Positions 30,047 to 38,155 of a DNA stretch of 64,000 bases are shown one piece after another (positions within the stretch are counted from its first letter, which is position 1; each line of letters starts with the position of its first letter). A model generated the notes under the pieces. It saw only the letters and a program-made list of their open reading frames with translations, searched no databases and was not told where the DNA came from. Origin of the DNA: Bacteroidales bacterium (lineage in GTDB: Bacteria > Bacteroidota > Bacteroidia > Bacteroidales > JAFGHD01); the NCBI GenBank assembly GCA_016939365.1, contig JAFGHD010000130.1:2707-66706 (forward strand), read 5' to 3'. A program made the translations under genes and the position numbers.

Positions 30047-33000
30047 ATGAAATATCTTTTTTGGATATCATTGATGGTTATCCCGGGACCCTTGCTGTCC
30101 CAGCATTCGCTTCCCGGCATTTCTTCAGCCGGGGAACCCGAAATCCGGACCATTATCCCCGGAGAAGGGGAGCATCTGGATGACCTGCTCCCTTTATTCC
30201 AGCCTGACGTGCTGCAGACCCATGTGGACCCGGGCGTTGCCCCGGAGGGCGATTACATGTTCAATTCATCCTTCACCCATGACGGACAGCGGATTCTTCT
30301 GGCCAACGGCGGCACGGACAATGTGACCGTCTTCGACTGGGCTACAAGGACCGCTATCACCCAAATCGAGGTCGGGGATTACCCCTGCGATGTGGCTGTT
30401 ACTGACCAATATGCCGTTATCCCGTGCATTTTCGGCAATGAAGTGTACGTGATCGACCTGTCGGATTATTCGGTCGCCGGAGTGTTTCAGACCGGTGAAC
30501 AGCCGGCGGTGGCCGAAGTGAGCAGTGACGGGCACTTCGCATATGTCTCATGTGATATCGACGATGTCTGTGAAGTGATCGATCTGGTTGCCATGACACA
30601 TACCCTGACCATCCAGAATTTCCCAATCAGCCTGCTCACCTTTTCCTGGATATCCACCGGAGGAAGGAATTCCTTCCAATTCTCCAGGTTCTGTGTCACA
30701 CCCGATGGCAACCACCTGGTGGTGGGTGACGGGGTCGATGCCGTTAAGTTTTTCAATACTGCTAATGGAAACGTGGATTTCAACATCCCCGGCATTCCTT
30801 CCTGCTGGGTGGTCAATCTGTCAGGGAACGGCAATACCGTCGCGGCGATCAGCAAGGTCAGCAACCAGGTTGCGGTGTACCGGATCGATCTGGCCTCGCA
30901 CACCATCACCGGATCCGTCACCGTGGGGGGCTATTCCCTGTCATATTATGATATCGGCGTCAATGCCGACGGCAGCAAGGCATACATCGGTATCAGCAAC
31001 AACTCGAGCGCCCTGGTTCGTTTTAACACTTCCGACTACAAGATATTTACACAGGCATACACTCCCTTCTGGATCGGCACATCGCCCGACCATCAGTATG
31101 TGATCCATGGCCAGAACCGTTTTACCGTGGTCGACTTCGTGTCGGAACAGATGCTGGGCCAGTACTGGGGGATCAGTCAATCCTTCGGATGTGTTTCACC
31201 GGTGGCATTCGATGTAATCGGATATGACCCTTTGCGTTATGAGGGCCTCTATTTCTACGACTGCAATAACGTCAACAGCGTGCAATATCTGGGCAATGAG
31301 CTGAGCGGACTGCCACCGGAAGGAGATACCCCCTACCGGATTGCTGTTTCTCCAAATGGATCAAAGGCGGTAATATCCTGCTCATTATCGGAAAGTGTAT
31401 CGATCATTGATCTGCAGGACTATTCGGTCGACACCATCATTGACCTGGGTGAAAAATGCGATGCCGTTGGGATTACCCATGATTCGCACTGGGCCGTCAT
31501 GGGTGGCTATGATCTCAATACCATCAAGATCATCGACCTGACCACCAATGAATTCGTTGCCTCCATTGTCACCGGCCAACGGCCGATGATGGTGGCCATC
31601 AGTCCGGATGACCAGTATGCATATATCGGGAACCTGAAGGGTAATTCAGTATCCATTGTGAAGCTGGAGGGTGCAGCCAGCTATGAAGTGGCCGAGATCC
31701 CGACCGGCGTGATCGGACTGGTTTGGGCGGCATACGGCGTCAGGAGCAGTGTGGAGGTCGATCCTACGGGTCAGTATGTGCTCGTGGCGGCCAGCTTCGA
31801 CGACGTGGTCCAGGTGATCGATGTCAGCACCCATCAGATCGTGGCCACCCTGCCTGCCGGAGACTTCCCGCTGAAGATCGCCTTCAATGCCACCGGCGAG
31901 TATGCCGCGGTGACCAATTACTTCTCCAACAACTTCACCCTGATCCATGTGGCCGGTGCATCTTCCTCAGTGGTCGGTACATTCTCCTCCGGGGGTACCA
32001 AACCGCTGCGGCTGGCCTACAATTCCGCTGACGACGAATTCGGCATCCTGAATTACGATTCGAAAACACTGGCAAGGGTAAATCCCCAGACCGGAAGCAT
32101 ATTGGGCATGGTATCCCTGTCAACGTACGGAAATCCAATCCAGATCCTTTACGACCAGTTGGGGAAGTACATCGTCCTTACCCTGGGTGACAGCAATACC
32201 CCTGGATTCCTGGTCCATGACGGAATGGCCGTTTCACTGCCGGCCTCGCCGACCTATTTCGATTACTGCCCTGCAGAACAAACCGCTGCCGTGAGCATTC
32301 CGGGCCCCGACAACGTCTCCGTGATCGAATACGGACTGTGGCCGCATGCGAATTTCTCAGCCGGTACCACATGGGTACAGACAGGCGGCAGTGTTGATTT
32401 CACAGACATTTCCGGCAACAATCCAACCCAGTGGCACTGGGAGTTTGAAGGCGGGACACCTCCCGTATCCATCGCCCAGAATCCGGCCGTCGTTTACAAT
32501 ACCGCCGGTACCTTTGATGTAAAGCTGGTCGTCAGCAATGCCTATGGAAGCGACTCCATCATCCGGCAGGATTACATCACAGTGGAACAAGCGGGTATCA
32601 GCCTCGATATCAAACTCTTTCTCGAAGGGCCTTTCAACGGTTCAGAAATGGATGCCTTTCTGAACATTTTTGGTTATATGCCTTTGAATCAACCCTATAA
32701 TACTGATCCGTGGAATTACGCCGGCACAGAGTCCGTCATGACGATTCCCTCCCCCGATGTGGTTGACTGGATACTGATGGAGTTGCGGGAAACACCCGGA
32801 GATGTATCCACGGCTACCTCCCAGACCATGATCGCCAGGAAGGCTGCCTTTCTGATGAAGGATGGAAGCATCCGGGGACTGGATGGCAGCAGCCTGGTGG
32901 GTTTCAACCTGCAGATCACTCAGAACCTTTTTATTGTCCTGTGGCACCGGAACCATCTGGGAGTCATTTCATCTGCTCCTCTCACAGCAGCTGCAGGGAT

Positions 33001-33274
33001 CTACAGCTATGATTTTTCCATTGCGGCGGATCAGGCTTACGGAGGGGTGCTGGCCCACAAGGAGATCGCTCCGGGAATATGGGGTGAAACAGGCGGGGAT
33101 GCAGATGCCAGCGGATTGGTCGGGACACAGGACAAAGTGGATATGTGGATGCCCCAGGCAGGCAGCTCGGGCTACCTGAGCGCCGACTGGAACATGAACG
33201 GAATGGTGGATCATGTGGACAAGGTGGGCGTCTGGAGCGTCAATGCCGGATCGGGTTGCCAGGTACCCTATTGA
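30047..33274 (+). CDS. Very large secreted YVTN-type beta-propeller repeat protein with PKD domain and dockerin-like C-terminus
   Basis: Start at ATG 30047 (MKYLFWISLMVIPGPLLSQ). There are many roughly 40-aa units of the type P..vavspDG..ayV.n....vsViD (e.g. PYRIAVSPNGSKAVISCSLSESVSIIDL, PMMVAISPDDQYAYIGNLKGNSVSIV). The PKD module spans about 32350-32590. The last 60 aa carry two D-x-D/N-x-x-G-x-V-x-x-x-D loops (GDADASGLVGTQD, DWNMNGMVDHVD). Confidence 0.7.
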   Translation: MKYLFWISLMVIPGPLLSQHSLPGISSAGEPEIRTIIPGEGEHLDDLLPLFQPDVLQTHVDPGVAPEGDYMFNSSFTHDGQRILLANGGTDNVTVFDWATRTAITQIEVGDYPCDVAVTDQYAVIPCIFGNEVYVIDLSDYSVAGVFQTGEQPAVAEVSSDGHFAYVSCDIDDVCEVIDLVAMTHTLTIQNFPISLLTFSWISTGGRNSFQFSRFCVTPDGNHLVVGDGVDAVKFFNTANGNVDFNIPGIPSCWVVNLSGNGNTVAAISKVSNQVAVYRIDLASHTITGSVTVGGYSLSYYDIGVNADGSKAYIGISNNSSALVRFNTSDYKIFTQAYTPFWIGTSPDHQYVIHGQNRFTVVDFVSEQMLGQYWGISQSFGCVSPVAFDVIGYDPLRYEGLYFYDCNNVNSVQYLGNELSGLPPEGDTPYRIAVSPNGSKAVISCSLSESVSIIDLQDYSVDTIIDLGEKCDAVGITHDSHWAVMGGYDLNTIKIIDLTTNEFVASIVTGQRPMMVAISPDDQYAYIGNLKGNSVSIVKLEGAASYEVAEIPTGVIGLVWAAYGVRSSVEVDPTGQYVLVAASFDDVVQVIDVSTHQIVATLPAGDFPLKIAFNATGEYAAVTNYFSNNFTLIHVAGASSSVVGTFSSGGTKPLRLAYNSADDEFGILNYDSKTLARVNPQTGSILGMVSLSTYGNPIQILYDQLGKYIVLTLGDSNTPGFLVHDGMAVSLPASPTYFDYCPAEQTAAVSIPGPDNVSVIEYGLWPHANFSAGTTWVQTGGSVDFTDISGNNPTQWHWEFEGGTPPVSIAQNPAVVYNTAGTFDVKLVVSNAYGSDSIIRQDYITVEQAGISLDIKLFLEGPFNGSEMDAFLNIFGYMPLNQPYNTDPWNYAGTESVMTIPSPDVVDWILMELRETPGDVSTATSQTMIARKAAFLMKDGSIRGLDGSSLVGFNLQITQNLFIVLWHRNHLGVISSAPLTAAAGIYSYDFSIAADQAYGGVLAHKEIAPGIWGETGGDADASGLVGTQDKVDMWMPQAGSSGYLSADWNMNGMVDHVDKVGVWSVNAGSGCQVPY

Positions 33275-33290
33275 ATCCTGATACAGGGAT

Positions 33291-34346
33291 ATGTTTGTAG
33301 ATGGAACTCATTACCTTACGGTATGGATGAACCGGGGATCGGTCTTCATGATCGACCAGAACCGGTTGCCCTTTGAATTCCGCATCGCAGAGTGCAGAAA
33401 CCACCTGGAAACGTGCCGCGCCATCAGGGATATGACCGTCCGGGGGGCAGGGGCCATCGGCGCGGCAGCCGGATTTGCCATGGCCCAGGTGTTCCTCGAA
33501 GCCGATCGCACCGGTGATAAGTATGGTATCGATAACGGCCGCCGGCTGATCGAGAACACTCGCCCCACGGCCCGCGACCTGTTTTATGCCGTGGAACAGG
33601 TGTACCGGGCAGGGCAGGAATCCGTCCGTCATGCGCTGGACAAAGCCCAGCAGATCGCTACTGACAACATCCGCGAAGCGGAAGGGATCGGCAGGCATGG
33701 AAGCACCCTGATCCGTGACAACATGAAGATCCTGACCCATTGCAACGCCGGATGGCTGGGCTTTGTGGACTGGGGCAGCGCCCTGGCGCCTGTATATTTC
33801 TCGAAAAGGAATGGTAAGGAGGTCTATGTTTTCGTGGACGAGACGCGGCCCCGCGGGCAGGGCGCCCGGCTCACCGCCTGGGAGTTATCGCATGAAGGGA
33901 TACCGCATGCGATCATTCCGGACAATGCCGCAGCATACTTCATGTCCCGTGGAGAGATCGACCTGGTGATCGTCGGTGCGGACCGCGTGGCCGCCAACGG
34001 CGATGTGGCCAACAAGATCGGTACCCTCGGAAAGGCCCTGGCCGCCCGGGAATACAAAATACCTTTCTACGTCGCGGCACCCCTTTCGACATTCGATCCG
34101 GCATGTGCCTCCGGCTTAGATATTCCGATCGAATACCGCGATCCGGATGAGGTGCTTTACCAGACCGGATTGAAGGAAGGAGGTGGCCTGGAACGCATCC
34201 TGGTGTGCAATCCCGGATCCTCCGCGCTCAACCCGGCCTTCGATGTGACCCCGGCACCGCTCATCTCGGGCATCATCACCGGTCAGGGGATCATCCCCGC
34301 CACACCGGAGGCCGTCATGAAATACCTGGAACCATCCTCAGCTTAA
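33291..34346 (+). CDS. mtnA: S-methyl-5-thioribose-1-phosphate isomerase (eIF-2B alpha/beta/delta family)
   Basis: IDQNRLPFE, IRDMTVRGAGAIGAAAGF, LTHCNAG, VDETRPRGQGARLTAWEL and VGADRVAANGDVANKIGT are the classic MtnA blocks. Confidence 0.85.
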   Translation: MFVDGTHYLTVWMNRGSVFMIDQNRLPFEFRIAECRNHLETCRAIRDMTVRGAGAIGAAAGFAMAQVFLEADRTGDKYGIDNGRRLIENTRPTARDLFYAVEQVYRAGQESVRHALDKAQQIATDNIREAEGIGRHGSTLIRDNMKILTHCNAGWLGFVDWGSALAPVYFSKRNGKEVYVFVDETRPRGQGARLTAWELSHEGIPHAIIPDNAAAYFMSRGEIDLVIVGADRVAANGDVANKIGTLGKALAAREYKIPFYVAAPLSTFDPACASGLDIPIEYRDPDEVLYQTGLKEGGGLERILVCNPGSSALNPAFDVTPAPLISGIITGQGIIPATPEAVMKYLEPSSA

Positions 34347-34371
34347 CCGGGAAAGACAGTAAGCCAATCAT

Positions 34372-34989
34372 ATGGCTATTCAAATAGAGCACCACAACCG
34401 ATGTCCCTGGCCGGGAAATGATCTCCTGATGCAGCAATACCATGATACGGAATGGGGCGTGCCGGTCCACGACGACCTGAAGCATTTCGAATTCATGGTG
34501 CTGGATGCCTTCCAGGCCGGACTGAGCTGGGCCATCATCCTCCGCAAGCGCGAAAGCTTCAGAAAAGCACTGGATGATTTCGATTTCAGGAAAATTGCCG
34601 TTTATGATGCCGGAAAGGTGGCATCGTTACTGCAGGATCCGGGTATCATCCGCAACAGGCTCAAGATAGAAGCAACCATCAATAATGCCCGGGCATTTCT
34701 CAAAATCATTGACGAATCCGGATCGTTTGATCACTATATCTGGCAGTTCACCAGCGGCCGGCCGCTCGTCAACCGCTGGAAAGAGCTGAAGCAGATCCCG
34801 GCAAGCGCTCCTGAGTCCGATGCCATGAGCCGCGACCTGAAGAAGCGGGGATTCCGGTTCGTGGGCAGCACCATATGCTATGCCTACATGCAGGCTGCCG
34901 GGCTGGTGAACGACCACCTCATAAGCTGCTTCAGGCATCAGGAGATCATGGGTGCATATCACCCGTTTCATCCAGGTGCAGGGGGATGA
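34372..34989 (+). CDS. tag: DNA-3-methyladenine glycosylase I
   Basis: RCPWPGNDLLMQQYHDTEWGVPVHDD, FQAGLSWAIILRKRE and GFRFVGSTICYAYMQAAGLVNDHLISC align with E. coli Tag, including the Cys/His zinc ligands. The last 14 codons overlap the convergent ATPase gene. Confidence 0.85.
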   Translation: MAIQIEHHNRCPWPGNDLLMQQYHDTEWGVPVHDDLKHFEFMVLDAFQAGLSWAIILRKRESFRKALDDFDFRKIAVYDAGKVASLLQDPGIIRNRLKIEATINNARAFLKIIDESGSFDHYIWQFTSGRPLVNRWKELKQIPASAPESDAMSRDLKKRGFRFVGSTICYAYMQAAGLVNDHLISCFRHQEIMGAYHPFHPGAGG

Positions 34990-36787
34990 CCTGCCCGAAA
35001 AGGTTCCGTTCCTCCTTGCTCAGGTCAAATATGGCATCCTTCTCATTCAGCTTCAGATACCTGATCCCCACATCAAGGTATTTCAGGAGAAGATGGGCCT
35101 CCTGTCGCTCAACGAACAGCTTGTTAAAAATATCCCTGATCCTGATAAACCGGATTGTTTCTATTCTGTGGCTCAGGCGTAACAGTGATAAAACAGCCAG
35201 AGTAAAAACACCATAAATACCGGCCGGATCTTCATCCTCCTGCAAGACACCGGTCAGCTGCACAATATAATCATCCACGATCCCCACAGGGATTTCCTCC
35301 AAAACAGTCGCAAGGGAATGACTGAATAATATCCTGCACTCTTCATTTTTCAGGTACACAAGATTTTCTCTTATATGGATCAGCACCTGAGGATAATTAC
35401 CCACTTTGATTTCATGCCCAATGAGACTATCTAAATCCTGACATTTGGCTTCATCATCAGTTTTGTTTTCAATATCCGCTCTCAAGCCATCAGGTCTCTT
35501 TCTGTAGTTCTCATACTCAATTCCTATATCCTCAGAAATATCAGGCTTATCGGGATCGGCTGATCCGGTAAAAGGCCCCTTCGGGTAGCGAATATCCGTT
35601 TCCCGGAACAGATCCTTCCGGGCCAGATACCTGTAAAATATGACGAGAAAATCGATGAAGACCGGGATAATAGCCTCTTGACTTTCCCCGATTTCGTAAT
35701 AAAAGCGCATCAGGGGCTCTGTGACTTCATAATATCGCTCCCGTCCCCGTTTAAAGGCATTGATGTACCCTAGCTTCTGCAATTCCGATAATTGCTTGGA
35801 AAGGGAACGCTGCTCTATGAAGCAATTGTATGAGATTGAATTACCGCTTTGCGGAGTACGGCTCAGGCTCAGGTACTGGATGATCTTCTGCTGCATGGGT
35901 GACAGCGATTTCAGCAGGCTCTCATAATAGGGTTTCAGCTTGTCGATACTCTTTAGGAAAGATCCTGACAATTCGGATTTATATTCAGCCCGGAGGAAGT
36001 CGAAAAAAAGCACTACCAACCTGTGGTTTCCCCGGGTGAAGTCGTGGATGGCCCGGATCTTGTCCCGCGCTTCATCAGTACCCAGATATTCTTCAAGTTC
36101 CGGGTATCCCTCGGCTTTTGCCAGTGCCATCATCAGCCGGACCGTCTCTTCCAGGGTCAGATTTTTCAGATGGGTAATGCTGAAGAAGTTCATAAAAGGC
36201 ATATCCTCCCTTCGCAGGTCGTGGAAAAGCGCCTGGCTGGTGGCGATGAACGAAACATTACCGTTGGTCTGAATGAAATCACGCAGTTTCGCCTGGCCTT
36301 CGCGCCTGAGGTCATGGAACACCTGGTTTAGATTTTCTATGAGTATCAGCAGTCTTTTTTTTTCGAGGAAACGCAAGAGGATACTGCATGCCATCTCGTT
36401 CCAGTTTTGGGCAGGCGATGATTTCAGCAGGTCGAGCTCCCTTTCCAGTGATTGCAGTCTTTCCTTATCACGGTCCCACCTTTGCAAGGCAGCAAAGACC
36501 CGGTTCATGAAATCGACAAACGAGGCAAGGCCCACCTCATCTTCAACCATATAAGCGATTTCATAATGGTTCATCACTTCCGGATTGTCTGTAAACCGGT
36601 TATACAGCACCCTCAGCAGATGTGTTTTTCCGCTGCCCCTGGGGCCAACGATCAGGTTCTGATACAATTTCCCTGTCTTCACCGAGTCGATGATCATTTT
36701 TTCAATGGCATCGGCCAGCACCTTCCTGCCGGTCAGGGTCATCTCCAGCTTTTCCGGATTCTCGATCCTGGATTGAAATATATACAT
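34946..36787 (-). CDS. ORC/Cdc6-like P-loop NTPase with winged-helix domain and an uncharacterised ~230-aa C-terminal domain
   Basis: 613 aa. Motifs in order: LTGRKVL...LIVGPRGSGKTHLLRVL (Walker A), RLLILIENL (Walker-B-like strand), FIATSQ (sensor-1-like) and TRGNHRL (sensor-2-like Arg). The wHTH is LSPMQQKIIQYLS...LSKQLSELQKLGYINAFKRGRERYYEVT. The rest has no motif I recognise. Low GC, 10 nt downstream of the previous gene. Confidence 0.7.
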   Translation of the reverse strand: MYIFQSRIENPEKLEMTLTGRKVLADAIEKMIIDSVKTGKLYQNLIVGPRGSGKTHLLRVLYNRFTDNPEVMNHYEIAYMVEDEVGLASFVDFMNRVFAALQRWDRDKERLQSLERELDLLKSSPAQNWNEMACSILLRFLEKKRLLILIENLNQVFHDLRREGQAKLRDFIQTNGNVSFIATSQALFHDLRREDMPFMNFFSITHLKNLTLEETVRLMMALAKAEGYPELEEYLGTDEARDKIRAIHDFTRGNHRLVVLFFDFLRAEYKSELSGSFLKSIDKLKPYYESLLKSLSPMQQKIIQYLSLSRTPQSGNSISYNCFIEQRSLSKQLSELQKLGYINAFKRGRERYYEVTEPLMRFYYEIGESQEAIIPVFIDFLVIFYRYLARKDLFRETDIRYPKGPFTGSADPDKPDISEDIGIEYENYRKRPDGLRADIENKTDDEAKCQDLDSLIGHEIKVGNYPQVLIHIRENLVYLKNEECRILFSHSLATVLEEIPVGIVDDYIVQLTGVLQEDEDPAGIYGVFTLAVLSLLRLSHRIETIRFIRIRDIFNKLFVERQEAHLLLKYLDVGIRYLKLNEKDAIFDLSKEERNLFGQVIPLHLDETGDMHP

Positions 36788-36797
36788 GAGAAGTTTA

Positions 36798-37997
36798 TTA
36801 TTTATCTGATTGTGATCGGTGTTGTTTTCTCCCTGGCCTTGACACCGGCTGTCCCAGATTTATCTGCCACCAACGTCTTACCAGCGGATACCTGAACATA
36901 AAGGTTCTCATACCATTTTCCTCCTTACGGAATAAATACAGGTCATTGTACAATGACCTCAGGGCTGACTTTGCATTGTTCTCGTCGACTTCACTATATG
37001 ACTTGAGTTCATTGATGACACCATCTTCAGAAACATAATCTTCGTGTCTGCTTAGAACACTCAATATATCGAGTGATAACTGCCTGATATCTTCCTCATA
37101 GTATGTTTTTATTCTCGATTCCAGATGGCTGAATTCACTGTTGTTCAGGGGCGCGGAAATCAAATCATGAATCATTTTGTCAATATCCTGAATTGTAATG
37201 GTCTCCAACCCACTGATCATTGTCTGAATTTTTAGACGGTCAATGAAAAATGGCAGCCGGTTTGTCTGCTGAATGAGGTGATTGAACACATCCTCTTTGT
37301 TATCAAAAACGTAATCAGTCCCAAATAAATACCGGCACAATTCCAGGGCATCTTCCGGGTTCATTTCAAGCACCGGATACTTGATCATATTGTTCATCGG
37401 CTCCCCGGCATAGTTATGTTTTTTCTGGAGCTTTTCAAGAACGATATTCATCCCGATCGATCCGCAGAAAATAAACCTTAGTTTGCCGCTGTCTTCATAC
37501 ATTTCCCTGATCTTGCGCAGTGTGTCGAGCAATTCGGTGGCCTGATCCGCCAGTTCGTAAGTGGTGATGAAATTCCACAGCATCATGGGAAATTCATCTA
37601 TCATGATCAGTATCCTTTCTGATTGTGCCTGGACGGCATCCTCCATGATCTTCTCAAGGATCATTTTCCAGTGTGACCTGAATGAGGGCATTTTGAACTG
37701 GCCGAAATCCTTTCCACCTATGAACTTTTCATAGTATTCCCTTGCCCTTCTGAATCGATCTTCAGAAACACCCCTCTCCAGTAATTGACGGTACAATCCA
37801 TCCACAAATTCCTGGGGATCCCTCGCTCCTTCAACGAAATGAAGAATTGGCTTCCAACCTTCTCTCGGAGATTGGGTCATTTTCTTGAGTATGGATGTTT
37901 TTCCCATCCTCCTGAGTGAAGTGATGACCACACTCTGCCGCTCGAGCACATCCCATATTGCCCTGATCTCCTTCTCCCTGCCAATGATTTTTTCCAT
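36798..37997 (-). CDS. Arch_ATPase (PF01637)-like P-loop NTPase with C-terminal winged-helix-like region
   Basis: 399 aa. IIGREKEIRAIWDVLERQSVVITSLRRMGKTSILKK is a G-R-E lead-in plus Walker A. ILIMIDEF is Walker B and RFIFCGS is a sensor-1-like strand. The C-terminal DLYLFRKEENGMRTFMFRYPLVRRWWQI resembles the DUF234-type wHTH tail. Low GC. Confidence 0.7.
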   Translation of the reverse strand: MEKIIGREKEIRAIWDVLERQSVVITSLRRMGKTSILKKMTQSPREGWKPILHFVEGARDPQEFVDGLYRQLLERGVSEDRFRRAREYYEKFIGGKDFGQFKMPSFRSHWKMILEKIMEDAVQAQSERILIMIDEFPMMLWNFITTYELADQATELLDTLRKIREMYEDSGKLRFIFCGSIGMNIVLEKLQKKHNYAGEPMNNMIKYPVLEMNPEDALELCRYLFGTDYVFDNKEDVFNHLIQQTNRLPFFIDRLKIQTMISGLETITIQDIDKMIHDLISAPLNNSEFSHLESRIKTYYEEDIRQLSLDILSVLSRHEDYVSEDGVINELKSYSEVDENNAKSALRSLYNDLYLFRKEENGMRTFMFRYPLVRRWWQINLGQPVSRPGRKQHRSQSDK

Positions 37998-38035
37998 AAC
38001 ATTAAGTATATAATTAATGAACGGATTTCAATTCT

Positions 38036-38095
38036 GACGTACGTCGTTTTTGTCTTACGTTATAAATGTCGTACGTTTAATTTGACGCAAAAGTA
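38036..38095 (-). promoter_or_regulatory. Candidate promoter and repeat/operator cluster upstream of the ATPase pair
   Basis: The minus strand reads TACTTTTG (plus 38088-38095), matching TAnnTTTG. Downstream of it lie GTCGTACGT (38068-38076), GTCTTACGT (38052-38060) and the perfect palindrome GACGTACGTC (38036-38045). Their start positions are spaced 16 nt apart. Confidence 0.35.
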
Positions 38096-38155
38096 CAACA
38101 CGAAATAACAAAAAGCAAGAACCCTGACAAAAATTTTCGGAAAGATCGTCGATGA

